From NCBI GenBank assembly GCA_951406725.2, contig OX597823.1:110980001-111044000 (forward strand): a stretch of 64,000 nucleotides of DNA, given 5' to 3'. This stretch comes from Octopus vulgaris (Eukaryota). Shown here in pieces: positions 12,690-25,618 of this stretch. The notes beneath the pieces are model-generated. The model saw nothing but the letters and a program-made list of their open reading frames with translations. It was not told the DNA's origin and made no database searches. How positions within the stretch are numbered: position 1 is the first letter of the stretch; each line of letters starts with the position of its first letter. A program made the translations under genes and the position numbers.

Positions 12690-15332
12690 CTCTTTCTCTC
12701 TCTCTTTATTCCTTTTCCACACCTCTTCTCTCTCTTTTTCTTTATTCATCTTCCACACCTCTTCTCTCTCTCTCGCTTTCTCTCTCTTTATTCATCTTCC
12801 ACACCTCTTCTCTCCCTTTCTCTCTCTTTATTCATCTTCCACACCTCTTCTCTCCCTTTCTCTCTCTTTATTCATTTTCCACACCTCTTCTCTCTCTTTC
12901 TCTCTCTTTATTCATCTTCCACACCTCTTCTCTCCCTTTCTCTCTCTTTATTCATCTTCCACACCTCTTCTCTCCCTTTCTCTCTCTTTATTCATTTTCC
13001 ACACCTCTTCTCTCACTTTCTCTCTCTTTATTCATCTTCCACACCTCTTCTCTCCCTTTCTCTCTCTTTATTCATCTTCCACACCTCTTCTCTCCCTTTC
13101 TCTCTCTTTATTCATTTTCCACACCTCTTCTCTCTCTTTCTCTCTCTTTATTCATCTTCCACACCTCTTCTCTCTCTTTCTCTCTCTTTATTCATCTTCC
13201 ACACCTCTTCTCTCTCTTTCTCTCTCTTTATTCATCTTCCACACCTCTTCTCTCTCTTTCTCTCTCTTTGTTCATCTTCCACACCTCTTCTCTCTCTTTC
13301 TCTCTCTTTATTCATCTTCCACACCTCTTCTCTCTCTTTCTCTCTCTTTGTTCATCTTCCACACCTCTTCTCTCTCTTCTCTCTCTTTATTCATCTTCCA
13401 CACCTCTTCTCTCTCTTTCTCTCTCTTTATTCATCTTCCACACCTCTTCTCTCTCTTTCTCCCTCTTTGTTCATCTTCCACACCTCTGCTCTCTATTTCT
13501 CTCTCTTTATTCATCTTCCACACCTCATCTCTCTCTTTCTCTCTCTTTGTTCATCTTCCACACCTCTTCTCTCTCTTTCTCTCTCTTTATTCATTTTCCA
13601 CACCTCTTCTCTCTCTTTATTCATCTTCCACACCTCCTCTCTCTCTTTATTCATCTTCCACACCTCTTCTCTCCCTTTCTCTCTCTTTATTCATTTTCCA
13701 CACCTCTTCTCTCTTTCTCTCTCTTTATTCATCTTCCACACCTCTTCTCTCCCTTTCTCTCTCTTTATTCATCTTCCACACCTCTTCTCTCCCTTTCTCT
13801 CTCTTTATTCATCTTCCACACCTCTTCTCTCTCTTTCTCTCTCTTTATTCATTTTCCACACCTCTTCTCTCTCTTTATTCATCTTCCACACCTCTTCCCT
13901 CTCTTTCTCTCTCTTTATTCATCTTCCACACCTCTTCTCTCCCTTTCTCTCTCTTTATTCATTTTCCACACCTTCTCTCTCTTTCTCTCTCTTTATTCAT
14001 CTTCCACACCTCTTCTCTCTCTTTCTCTCTCTTTATTCATCTTCCACACCTCTTCTCTCTCTTTGTTCATCTTCCACACCTCTTCTCTCTCTTTCTCTCT
14101 CTTTATTCATTTTCCACACCTCTTCTCTCTCTTTATTCATTTTCCACACTTCTTTCTCTTTTTCTTTATTCATCTTCCACACCTCTTCTCTCTCTTTCTC
14201 TCTCTTTATTCATCTTCCACACCTCTTCTCTCCCTTTCTCTCTCTTTATTCATTTTCCACACCTCTTCTCTCTCTTTCTCTCTCTTTATTCATCTCCCAC
14301 ACCACTTCTCTCTCTTTCTCTCTCTTTATTCATCTTCCACACCTCTTCTCTCTCTTTCTCTCTCTTTATTCATTTTCCACACCTCCTCTTTCTCTTTATT
14401 CATCTTCCACACCTCTTCCCTCTCTTTCTCTCTCTTTATTCATTTTCCACACCTCTTCTCTCTCTTTATTCATTTTCCACACTTCTTTCTCTTTTTCTTT
14501 ATTCATCTTCCACACCTCTTCTCTCTCTTTCTCTCTCTTTATTCATTTTCCACACCTCCTCTCTCTCTCTTTATTCATCTTCCACACCTCTTCTCTCTCT
14601 TTCTCTCTCTTTATTCATCTTCCGCACCTCTTCTCTCTCTTTCTCTCTCTTTATTCATCTTCCACACCTCTTCTCTCTCTTTCTCTCTCTTTATTCATCT
14701 TCCGCACCTCTTCTCTCTCTTTCTCTCTCTTTATTCATTTTCCACACCTCCTCTCTCTCTTTATTCATCTTCCACACCTCTTCTCTCTCTTTATTCATTT
14801 TCCACACCTCTTCTCTCTCATTTATTCATTTTCCACTCCTCCTCTCTCTCTTTATTCATCTTCCACACCTCTTCTCTCTCTTTCTCTCTCTTTATTCATT
14901 TTCCACACCTCTTCTCTCTCTTTATTCATTTTCCACACTTCTTTCTCTTTTTCTTTATTCATCTTCCGCACCTCTTCTCTCTCTTTCTCTCTCTTTATTC
15001 ATTTTCCACACCGTCTCTCTCTCTTTATTCATCTTCCACACCTCTTCTCTCTCTTTCTCTCTCTTTATTCATTTTCCACACCTCCTCTCTCTCTTTATTC
15101 ATCTTCCACACCTCTTCTCTCTCTTTCTCTCTCTTTATTCATTTTCCACACCTCTTCTCTCTCTTTATTCATCTTCCACACCTCTTCTCTCTCTCTTTCT
15201 CTCTATTTATTCATCTTCCACACCTCTTCTCTCTCTTTATTCATCTTCCACACCTCTTCTCTCTCTTTATTCATTTTCCACACTTCTTTCTCTTTTTCTT
15301 TATTCATCTTCCACACCTCTTCTCTCTCTCTC

Positions 15333-15365
<33 letters not shown>

Positions 15366-15400
15366 TTATTCATCTTCCACACCTCTTCTCTCACTTTCTC
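12690..15400 (+). repeat. Pyrimidine-rich satellite, 40-bp unit CTCTCTCTTTATTCATCTTCCACACCTCTTCTCTCTCTTT with ~28- and ~31-bp derivatives
   Basis: Roughly 70-80 tandem copies of the TTTATTCATYTTCCACAC core; all three plus frames are open only because the unit lacks stop codons. Confidence 0.95.
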
Positions 15401-16579
15401 TACCCAGGATGCATCTGGTCATATTCACCAATTCCATACAGTTTTCATTTCTAAGAGAGTAGAGGGATCTTTGTCTGGCAATTTTGTTTGCTATTATGTT
15501 TGATCCAATCAAGATATAAAACTTTCTCATTAGTTTGTCAACCATTGGGTTGTTTCTGCAGGTAAGAGAACAAAAAGAACAATTATTTAATGACAATGCT
15601 TGCAGCAGAGTGGACTACAGTAAATGAATCCAAATGTCAAATTCTATAATATTACTAGCTGTGCTGTCAAAAATGATGGCTATTTGTACACTTTATATAT
15701 AAATCATCATCATCATCATTTAACGTCCATTTTCCATGCTAGCATGGATTAGACGGTTTGACCGGGGTCTGGGAAACCAGGAGGCTGCCCCAGGCTCCAG
15801 TCTGATCTGGCAGTATTTCTACAGCTGGATGCTCTTCCTAATGCTAACCACTCTGTGAGTGTACTGCGTGCTTTTTACATGCCACCGGTACAGGGGCCAG
15901 AGGAGGCTGGCAAAACGGCCATGATTAGTTGGTGCTTTTTATGTATTACCAGCACAGATGCCAGTCAAGGTGGTGCTGGCATCCGCCACATTTGGATGAT
16001 GCTTTTTACGTACCACTTGCACCGGTATCACAACAACAATTTCCATTTGATTTTCATTTTGATGTTGATGTACTTGACTCAATAGGTCTCCTCAAGCACA
16101 GCAGGTCACACTACGATCCAAGGTTAGCACTGCAGGCTCTCCTGCAAGCCATGAAATGGATCGGAAATCAAATTAATACACTTGTCAATGTTATCTAGTG
16201 GTTGTCTTTTGAGATGTGACATTGATCATCTTTTGTTACTAAAAGAACGCTGCCTCACACATACAAACATTCACATACTTTCCTTGTACACGCACACACA
16301 TACACACATATACTCACACAGAGTTGAAACGCAGTTTGATTTCTCTTTTCAGCATTGAATGTTCACCATCCCACTTCCATTGCACATATGCGCGCACACA
16401 CACACACACATTCACATACCTCCCACTACTAGTTTGCCATCACCCCTTCCTTTCTCATTCATATGTTGTGATGGAGAAAAACACAAGAGTATTATAGTAG
16501 TTGTTCTGGATTTCTTTTCCAGTTTCTCAATCACTCAGTTTCGATTAGTTAAAAATGTATCATTTAGTTACAGTACCAT

Positions 16580-16850
16580 GTAACTAATAGTTCGGTCCGA
16601 TAGTTTGGAAGTTACAATTATGAGTGCTAGATCAGATCAAGTAGCACATTGGGGTCTTGAGCAAGGTCCTTCATTTCATGTTGCTCCAGTCTCCCTTTCA
16701 ATCAAGGGAGAATGTTGGCCTGCTTGCTTAGCCAGCAGAGTGGCATTGCTTGAAGGCTAAAATGATGCAAAGTGCATTGTGACCAGCGATATGTAACAAC
16801 ATCTGATTGTCTAGTCAGTCACTTGATCATGTATTCATGTGATTATGTGA
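16580..16850 (+). mobile_element. CORE-like tRNA SINE (family F), degraded
   Basis: TCTTGAGCAAGG..CTTCATTTCATGTTGCTCCAGT core; homologous to 17770-18052 in opposite orientation. Confidence 0.65.
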
Positions 16851-16949
16851 CCATGTAGTTACAACAGAACCCTGTAATGGTTAATTATAGTATTAATGTT
16901 GATGATGTTGGTGATAAGGTACTGCTGTTGCTGCTGCTAATGCTTATAA

Positions 16950-17105
16950 TGATGGTGGTGGTTGTGATGGTGGTTGTGGTGGTGGTGGTGGTGGTTGTGG
17001 TGGTGGTGGTTGTGGTGGTGGTGGTGGTGGTGGTGGTGGTGGTGGTGGTGGTGGTGGTGGTGGTGGTGGTTATGGGAGTGATGGTGTGATGGTGATGATG
17101 GTGAT
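16950..17105. repeat. (GGT)n tract
   Basis: Read directly; explains the poly-V/T ORFs. Confidence 0.95.
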
Positions 17106-17340
17106 GTTGATACTTGATAAGAATGATAATGATTCTAACACCAATCATGATGATGATAAAGATTATGATAGCTATTGTGGTCTTCTCTGACCAAAATATC
17201 ACCCAAAGGGCAGTGAAGAAATTATTCAAGTATAGCAATCTTAAAATTGAAATAAAAGGATGTTGGGTATGAAAGTATAATCTGTACTTAAAAGAAGTGG
17301 AGCACTAAAAATGATAAAGAAGATGAACAAAAATATTTTT

Positions 17341-17583
17341 ACAACGTGGAAGGTGTTTATAAGCCATTTAAGAAACACACAAAAACCGTTAGATTCACTT
17401 CAACATCTAAATTTAATTTGTCAAAATATTTTCGTCGCTTTGAGACCGCGACCTGTTCACTGACAAAACTTCATGCTGCATCATGTTTCTCAAATGGCAT
17501 ATAAAAACCTTCCACGCTGCAATTGTTTTCGTTTCAGCACACGATCTCAGGTCAAGTCACTCGCTATGCAAGTACATCTCTGT
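17341..17583 (-). mobile_element. Short PLE-terminus-like element with internal inverted segment and hammerhead variant
   Basis: 17345-17369 is inverted at 17492-17516; flanking direct repeat AAAAATATTTTT at 17329-17340 and 17584-17595. Confidence 0.6.
17417..17467 (-). ncRNA. Minimal hammerhead motif with compensatory G3:C8 core swap
   Basis: tttgtca-GTGAACA-G-gtcgc(ggtctcaaa)gcgac-GAAA-ATAT-TT-tgacaaa: perfect 7-bp stem I, 5-bp stem II, palindromic tetraloop in stem III. Confidence 0.7.
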
Positions 17584-17769
17584 AAAAATATTTTTTAAAA
17601 ACCATAAAAGAATTCCCAACCTTACACAAGTTGAAATGGCCGACATTCGACTATTAATTTAATGCTATAAATCACCTTGTACAACTTGTGCAGTAGGAAC
17701 TCAATAAAATAGCACAAGTCACACATTGCATATTTAATGGACTCAGCACTAAGTAACATAGCATGACAC

Positions 17770-18052
17770 ATCACGTGACATGTGATCACATGACAGACCA
17801 GACTATCAGATGCTGTTACATATTGCTGGTCATACTGTGTTTTTGCATTGTTTTAGCCTTCAAATAACACCATCCCCCGCTGGCTGTGTGAGCAGGCCAA
17901 CATTCCTCCTTGATTGAAAGAGGGATTGGAGCAATGTGAAATGAAGTGTTTTGCTCAAGAACACAATGTGCTGCTCAGTCAGGGAACCGAACCCATGATC
18001 TAATGATTGTGAATGCAGCAGCCTAACCATTAGGCCACACGCCTTCATGCAC
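17770..18052 (-). mobile_element. CORE-like tRNA SINE (family F)
   Basis: Minus-strand GGCGTGTGGCCTAATGGTTAGG A-box, GGGTTCGGTTCCC B-box, TGTGTTCTTGAGCAAAACACTT core. Confidence 0.8.
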
Positions 18053-18274
18053 AACACTTACTCTACCTAATCAATTGAGTAAAATGACACAAAATGTGCA
18101 GCAGTAAAATTATCCACCTGAACCAAACAAACTATGCATTGAGTTTTGAAATTGCTGATATTATCTGCCAGCCACAACTCGTGACAGCTGTATCATAATT
18201 TTTTTTTTTTATGACAGAATGGGATTTGAACTTGCAATGCATCTTGTCCAATTCTCTGATGTTTCTACCAATCC

Positions 18275-18502
18275 ACGAGCTGGCAGAAGCGTTAGCACTC
18301 CGGGCGAAATGCTTAGCAGAATCTTGTCTGCCGCTACGTTCTGAGTTCAAATTCCGCCGAGGTCGACTTTGCCTTTCATTCTTTCAGAGTCAATTAAATA
18401 AGTACCAGTTACGCACTAGGGTTGATATTATCAACTTAATCCATTTGTCTGTCCTTGTTTGTCCTCTCTGTGTTTAGCCCCCTTGAGGGTAGTAAAGAAA
18501 TA
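18275..18502 (+). mobile_element. Family B SINE
   Basis: Aligns with 2025-2255. Confidence 0.85.
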
Positions 18503-19746
18503 GGATTGGAACTGCTTTGAACTGGAACTGTTTTTATTGAACTAGAACTAGAAAAGATGTCAGCCAATGTTGACCTCAGTGAGATTTGAACTCAGAATGC
18601 AGAGAACTGGAACAAATAGCATATGGTAGTCTATCCAAAGCTCTAATAACTCTGCTAGTTCACTGCCTTAACGTGTACTGTTACATAATTGACACTCATT
18701 GCTCTGATAGCAACGATTGAAACATAACTTGTACTCTGCCCAGTTGTCACCTTGCAATATAAAGTAACTCTCACTTCATACATACAACAAACAAAATACT
18801 AGAATAAGCAGAACAAAAAGAAATCCCCATACCAAAGCAAAAATTAATGTAGCATACAAACACATTTCTACATCCCTAAATAATAATGTGGTTACACATC
18901 TTAGGAACAGGGATGGACATCAAATGGTGCATTAACAAACTTACGTAAAACTGTTGAAAATATGACGACAATTGTGGCTGCTGTTGTTGCTGGTATGGCA
19001 TGACATGGTGTGGTGTGGCATGGTCAAAAAGTTGACCCTCAGATGAAAATATAATTTGATTATCATGACTTTCCTTATGATAGTAGAACTATTCAAGCAG
19101 AGGTTCATTATCCAAAAAATTCCAACAGAGAACAGCCCAACAGGAAGTCTTTTATGAAGCAAAACTGATTCTTCTGAGAATTCAAAAGAACCTATATAAT
19201 AAGGAAATTATGTTTTATTCCATATAATGCAGCTAATACCGAAATAAAATAAGAAACAAACCAAAAGTTTTAATATGCTTTATGCTAACCAATGTAAACT
19301 AAACCCTGGCTTAGTGGAATCTTTGTTAGAGGTCCTGGGAAGAAAAAAATTAGGAAAAATTATTAAACTGTACATCTTGAGAAGAATCTCAGAACAATTA
19401 AATATTATACCATGTAACAGAATTCATGCTAGATTGGAGGGGAAATATAAGAAATTCCATTTGAAGAACCTAAAGGCTGTATAATATATGTTTGTATTGG
19501 TTGTGAAAGTACTTTGCAGGAGGGATCGAATATATACATTTATATATATAACTAAAAATATGTAATCATTAAGGCAGAAGGTTTATAACAGAAAATGTGG
19601 CAAAACAAGGTACCAATCAAATAAGGATGAATTACTTCTACAGTATTCAAAGAAGTTTGGTTAAAAATCTGGTAATAGAAGAAAAAATGTCTTACTAGAA
19701 AATTTGTCATTGCTAGTTCAAAGAATGCTTGAAAATGATTGGAGTA

Positions 19747-21281
19747 CAGCCTTGGCCAAAAGTATTAGGCCACCCCAATGTTTTGGGGTTCTGCTATCTC
19801 AATGTTAATGAAACTTGTTCACATGGTAGATTATGGTATATATCACAATATACATTAGTTTTAATATCTGGCTGACCCTCCTTTAGCATCAATTACTGAT
19901 TTTATAAGGTTAGGCATTGAATCAACTAGTTTCTTGCAGGGGCTAGGTGCAATTTTACTCCATTCTTCTCTCAATTTTTGGTACAAATGCTCTTTATTTT
20001 CATTTGTTGTGTTCCTGATAGCTTCACCAAGAGTTCTCAAAAGGTGTTCGATCAAATTTAGATCAGGACTTTGAGCTGAACAGTCCGTAGGAATGACGCC
20101 CTGTGTTGATGAGTATTCTTTGCTGTATGACATGGAGCATTCATTGTCCTGTTGAAAGATAACACTGTTTTTCAACATCCCTGGATGCAATTTAGCAATT
20201 GATGGCTCTAAAACATCTGATAACAGAATCATAGATAGCTGAATTCATACTTACCTGGCATAAAAACATTTCTCTGGGTCCTGTGGCAGACATGCAGGCC
20301 TACACTGTGACAGAACCACTCCCATGCTTTATGGTTGGTAACAGACATTCAGCCTTAAATGCTTACCCAAGTCTGCAACGCATGGAAGTTGCACCAAATG
20401 TACTGAAAACCTGAGTAAAAACACGAAAAATAATATTAGCTTTATGTTGAATACGTTATTTATATATTTTAGGCAACAAACCAGTTACATTAAGTTAATA
20501 TGTTGATTGAATACAGGTACTATCTTACCTCATAGTTACTTTCATTAGATCATATGACTTTCGACCATTGCTCACTGGTTCAATTTGAGTGGTTTTTGGC
20601 CCACAGAAGACGTTTTTCCATATTCGCTTCAGAAACCCTTAGCTTCTTCCTAGCTTTACAGCCTTTCAGACTGTATTCTACAAGCCTTCTTCTAACAGTT
20701 CTGGTTGATATTTGTGAAGTATTTTCTTTGTTGAAGTCTGCACAGAGCTCCAACAATGTTTTGCTTCTGTTTCTGAGCAACTGACAGATGATGGATCTAT
20801 CACCACGAGGTGATGTAACATTTTTTTCTGCCTGTTCTTTGTATTGACTTCACATCTTTTGTCTCTCTGAAGCGCTTGAGAGTCGTTTGCACCACACATT
20901 GAGAACATTTCATCTTCTGAACAATTTGCCTTTGAGACATTCCATCTTCATGATGAGCTACGATTTGACCTCACTCACTCTCACTCAACTCTCTTGTTTT
21001 AGGCATTTTACTGTTTATTAACTGTATCTTCAATGTATTTTAGTATAAAATTCTGAAATCAAGGAAACATAAGATAATTCTGGACATTGGTCTAACTCAT
21101 AATTAGTTGCATATGTACAGTACAGTATAAAAGCAGTAATTGATACTAAAGCAGAGTCAACCAGATATTAAAACTAATGCATATTGTGAAATATACCACA
21201 ATCTACTGTGTGCAGGAGTTTCATTAACATTGAGATAGCAGAACCCTAAAACATTGGGGTGGCCTAATACTTTTGGCCAGG
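19747..21281 (-). mobile_element. Tc1-like DNA transposon with ~160-bp TIRs
   Basis: TA|CAGCCTTGGCCAAAAGTATTAGGCCACCCC (19747-19906) is inverted at 21126-21281; the last few bases of the right TIR are missing. Confidence 0.9.
19861..21006 (-). pseudogene. Tc1 transposase pseudogene with a 118-nt spliceosomal intron (20411-20528)
   Basis: MPKTRELSESE*GQIV..RTGRKK, ISTRTVRRRL, WSKVI*SNESNYE|VFS, TIKHGSGSVTV*AC, IFQQDN, QSPDLNLIEHL; several stops and frameshifts; GAG|GTAAGA...TTTTACTCAG|GTT. Confidence 0.88.
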
Positions 21282-21457
21282 AATTTTGGACTCGTATCCT
21301 ATGTGCAACTTAAAATTTTCACTATCTGAGTTCTATAAATGATGGAATTAATCTATAATGAACCTGATTCATGTATTTTATCAACAAGAAACTGAATTCT
21401 TAATTTTGAAAATGAAATGATTACATATTTTATGGAAAGTCTAGAGACTCTCTCTCT

Positions 21458-21853
21458 CTTTACTCTTTTACTTCTTTCAGTCATTTGACTGCGGCCGTGC
21501 TGGAGCACCGCCTTTAATCGAGCAACTCGACCCCGGGACTTATTCTTTTGTAAGCCCAGGACTTATTCTATCAGTCTCTTTTGCCGAACCCCTAAGTAAC
21601 GGGGACATAAACACACCAGTATCGGTTGTCAAGCAATGCTAGGGGGACAAACACAGACACACAAACACATATATATATACATATATATACGACGGGCTTC
21701 TTTCAGTTTCCGTCTACCAAATCCACTCACAAGGCTTTGGTTGGCCCGAGGTTATAGTAGAAGACACTTGCCCAAGGTGCCATGCAGTGGGACTGAACCC
21801 GGAACCATGTGGTTGGTAAACAAGCTACTTAACACAGAGCCACTCCTGCGCCT
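21458..21853 (-). mobile_element. Family A SINE, full length and CpG-rich (young)
   Basis: GGCGCAGGAGTGGCTCTGTGTTAAG head, GGGTTCAGTCCC B-box. Confidence 0.9.
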
Positions 21854-22517
21854 ATATTTATTATTTATTTAAGTAAACTTAGTTTTCTAGACAGCTTGCT
21901 GGCTAGACACCTTGAGTGATTCAGAGTATAATTGAAAGATAGTCAGCTACAATATGTATTTCTGAAACTTCAAAATTCTGCTATAATTTTCTTTTTAAAC
22001 ACTTCAAGCATTGTCATTGTTTGTTAATGCCTAACCTCAGGTCAGCTCTGATGGGTGCAAATCTATGGTCAAAGATTTTCAGGCTGTTACCATTCTGTCT
22101 ATTCCCTGTGTGGAGAGAACTTGTATTGCACCATCTAACATGTACATTTTTAAGATAGTAGGATATGGTTCATGAGCTACTATTGCAAGCTGAATGATCA
22201 ACCGTGTAGAGGTGCTCATATTGGTTCATCTTTCTGTGTTTGAAATATATGTGCCAAAATGAGGTATGGCTGTGTTGTTAAGAAATTTGATTTACAATCA
22301 CTTGGTACTAATTTCAATCTTCCTTCTGTTCTATGATACCCTGAATAAGTTCCTTACACTATAGTCCTGGACAAAACCAAATTTTCTTTGTGAGACTGGG
22401 TAGAGAAAAAACTGCCTGGAACCACATAGTTTAGGCTGTAACTATTTTGGTTTGGGTAGAATTGATCTGCCATTAGTTTAACCCCACTATTTTGTCCTTG
22501 GGTAATTTAGTGACGTT

Positions 22518-22824
22518 AGGTGGAGGCACATGGCCTAGTGGTTAGAGCAGTGGACTCGCAGTCGAGGGATCGCGGGTTCGAATCTCAGACCGGGTGATGT
22601 GTGTGTTTATGAGCGAATCACCTAAGCTCCACGCGGCTCTGGCAGAAGGTAATGGCGAACTTCTGCTGATTCTTTCGCCACAACTTTCTCTCACTCTTTC
22701 CTCCTGCATCTTGCAGCTCACCTGCGATGGACCGGTGTCCTGTCCAGATGGGGAACCTATACACCAAGGAAACCAGGAAACTGGCCCTTATGATCCAGGC
22801 ATGGCTCGAGAAGGAACAAAAAAA
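22518..22824 (+). mobile_element. tRNA-derived V-domain-like SINE with 11-bp TSD
   Basis: A-box TGGCCTAGTGG, B-box GGTTCGAATCT, CCTGCGATGGAC..TCCAG motif, A-tail; TSD TTAGTGACGTT at 22507-22517 and 22825-22835. Confidence 0.85.
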
Positions 22825-24571
22825 TTAGTGACGTTCTCACCATTACAGGTGTTCAGGTCAGGCCTCCAGTTTGATTATGACTTCCTGCTTCCCATTAATT
22901 TCAGATTTTCTGCCAAAAATCATAGCTAACAGCATTTCTTCTCTGATTTAGCCTCTAAAAGGATTCTGTTAAGACTGATTGTAATTTTAACACCTTAACA
23001 CCTTAATATTTCCAGCCATCTCTCTGAACAAATAAAGGGAACTTCTACATGGTCATTTAACCTGTTAGAAATAGCTATTATGACATCACACTCAAAATAT
23101 ACTCCAGCAGCTCAACAAAAAAGAGGAGCACATTGGTTATCAAATACAGGATGGTGTATATTGTAACATTTTTAACACTGAGTCTATTCAATCAGTAGTG
23201 ATCTGCAGTCAAACAATAACCTGACATACAGTGTGCTTTGTTTCTAAATTCACTTTTGATCTTATACCGAATTCTTCTGGCACCATACAGCTTTTACCTA
23301 AAATACTTCAATGATTCATCACGTCTTTCTGACATTGCCACTGACACCTTTCTTACAAATCCTGTGGCGCTAATTTCTTTACTCAACATTTAAATGCTTC
23401 AAAAATAATTAGTATTCTCTCTTCTCCTCTTATACAAGGTACCTACATCATATTAACACCACTGTATATGTCTTTCGATACTCCATATTTAGTTGCAGCC
23501 TTTTCAGTCTTCCTATCAAAACTAACAATTTTCTTTTCATTTCTCCATTTTAAGCTTCCTCCTCTATAACTAAAAAAAAAATATGAAATGCGTGTTAAAA
23601 ACCAAAATCATATTTCTCACATTTAGCTTAGCCGGAAGTAATCCTTCCTAAATATTGTTTCATACAGGTTTCCTTTATCTTATCTAATTCTCTCATGCTC
23701 AAGTATTTATAGCACTCAATGCCTGATAGTTTTATGTCTTCCTTATAACATAAATATAACCCATTACTTTCTAACATTTTTTTTTTTCCTTTTCACTTTC
23801 AAGACTCCACACATCTTAATTCCAAATTCCTTTCCAATATTTTCATCAAACCTCCTTGTATAGTTTATATTAAAATTCCTATTCGATATTTTCTTTGCAG
23901 AGAGCTTCAAGTCAACCAGAAATATAAAATAATTGACATAATGATGCTTACATTTCAACACATACTAACACTTTACAATTTGTGGTGATATCAAGACAAT
24001 CATCCTTACTGCAACACTGTGGAAACAGTCAACAATCATAGCAAACACCACTTGAATTTTTCTTAATTTTTGATTAGAATAGGTTTTGTTTTCTATAATG
24101 CATGCATTTTAAATCAGCTCTTTTACATATTTTTACTATGTAACGTTGTTATAATAACCTTGTACAGTTCTGAATTTGTATAACTTCAGTTTCAAATTCG
24201 TTAGAATTACATCATCATCATCGTTTAACGTCCGTTTTCCGTGCTAGCATGGGTTGGACGGTTTGACCAGGGTCTGGGAAGCCAGGAGGCTGCACCAGGC
24301 TCCACTCTCATCTGGCAGTGTTTCTACAGCTGGATGCCCTTCCTAATGTCAACCACTCCATGAGTGTAGTGGGTGCTTTTTATGTGCCACCGGCACAGGT
24401 GCCAGGGAAGGCTGGAAGCATCCACGATCAGTTGGTGCTTATTACGTGCCACCGGCGCTGTGAAAGAATTTATGACAATTTTAAATAAATTTATTTTTGA
24501 AAATATAAGTTTCTCAGCTTGTCAAATGCCATTAGGTGTTGCCTTTCTTTGGGCTATTAACTGAAATGAAT

Positions 24572-24806
24572 TAAGGCAGCAAGCTGGCAGAAACGTTAGC
24601 ATGCCGGGTGAAATGCTTAGAGGTATTTCATCTGCCATTACATTCTGAGTTCAAATTCTGCCGAGGTCGACTTTGCCTTTCATCCTTTTGGGGTTCGATT
24701 AACTAAGTACCAGTTACGCACTGGGGTCGATGTAATCGACTTAATCCGTTTATCTGTCCTTGTTTGTCCTCTCTCTGTTTTGCCCCTTGTGGGCAATAAA
24801 GAAATA
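24572..24806 (+). mobile_element. Family B SINE with 17-bp TSD
   Basis: TATTAACTGAAATGAAT at 24555-24571 and 24807-24823. Confidence 0.9.
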
Positions 24807-25274
24807 TATTAACTGAAATGAATAACCTTCTTATCAAATAAATCACGTTTTAATGGGTTAGATAATTAGAGTGATGTTGAGATACAAGATTTAATCTAGT
24901 CTGGTACAGCATGAATACCCATGAATAACACCTGATTTTAACATAGTGTCTGCTTCCTTCTTTTCTAAGGCCTGCTCTAACCATTTTGCTCAGTCTTTCT
25001 TTCCCAGAATGTCATCCACCTGGAATTCATTCTATGCTCATATCTATTCTACAGGTATTAAATTGTAGCTATGCCTGAAGAGAATAATCCACGCCAATCT
25101 CACCTGTTTTGATGAAATGGTCACAGCTCCTTTTTTCTAACCAAACCAAAAAATAAAGAAAACAAAATTTAAAAACAAAAAAAGAAACAACTGAAAAGCA
25201 GTGTATGTATAAAGACTTATTCCTTATCTAGACATATATCCTATATTCTAGGAGAGGAACTGTTGTTGGTTATT

Positions 25275-25618
25275 TCTGTCCCAGTATTTGACCGACCCAG
25301 ATTGTATGAATTTTCGAAAAGATGGCAGGTGAAGTCAACCCAGGAAGGATTTGAACTCAGGAAGTTAATATTCCAAGGCAGTTTGTCTTACATCTTTGAA
25401 GAGATTTATATTTATATTAAGGGCATTACTATACATAAATGCCTCACACTAGGAGGGACTCTTAAAGTCAAAACTACCATAACAAACACATTCTGTCCCA
25501 GTATTTGACCGACCCAGATTGTATGAATTCTTGAAAAGATAGGAGGTGAAGTCAACCCAGGAAGAATTTGAACTCAGAAAGTTAGAATTCCAAGGCAGTT
25601 TGTCTTTTACCTTTGAAG
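25275..25618 (+). repeat. ~125-bp direct duplication
   Basis: TCTGTCCCAGTATTTGACCGACCCAGATTGTATGAATT...CTTTGAAG at ~25275-25400 and ~25492-25618. Confidence 0.85.

Noticed and set aside
12690-15400. CRISPR-like repeat/spacer appearance
   Set aside because: The intervening segments are (CT)-rich variants of one another, not unique spacers. The context is eukaryotic and there are no cas genes.
12618-15503. 961-, 728- and 704-aa ORFs (S/L/F/H-rich)
   Set aside because: All three plus frames are open because the satellite unit lacks stop codons. The 40-bp unit is not a multiple of 3 and indels shift frames freely.
22521-22592. tRNA gene-like sequence (also 31138-31210)
   Set aside because: A and B boxes are present but there is no complete cloverleaf. 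It continues into a SINE body with tail and TSD.
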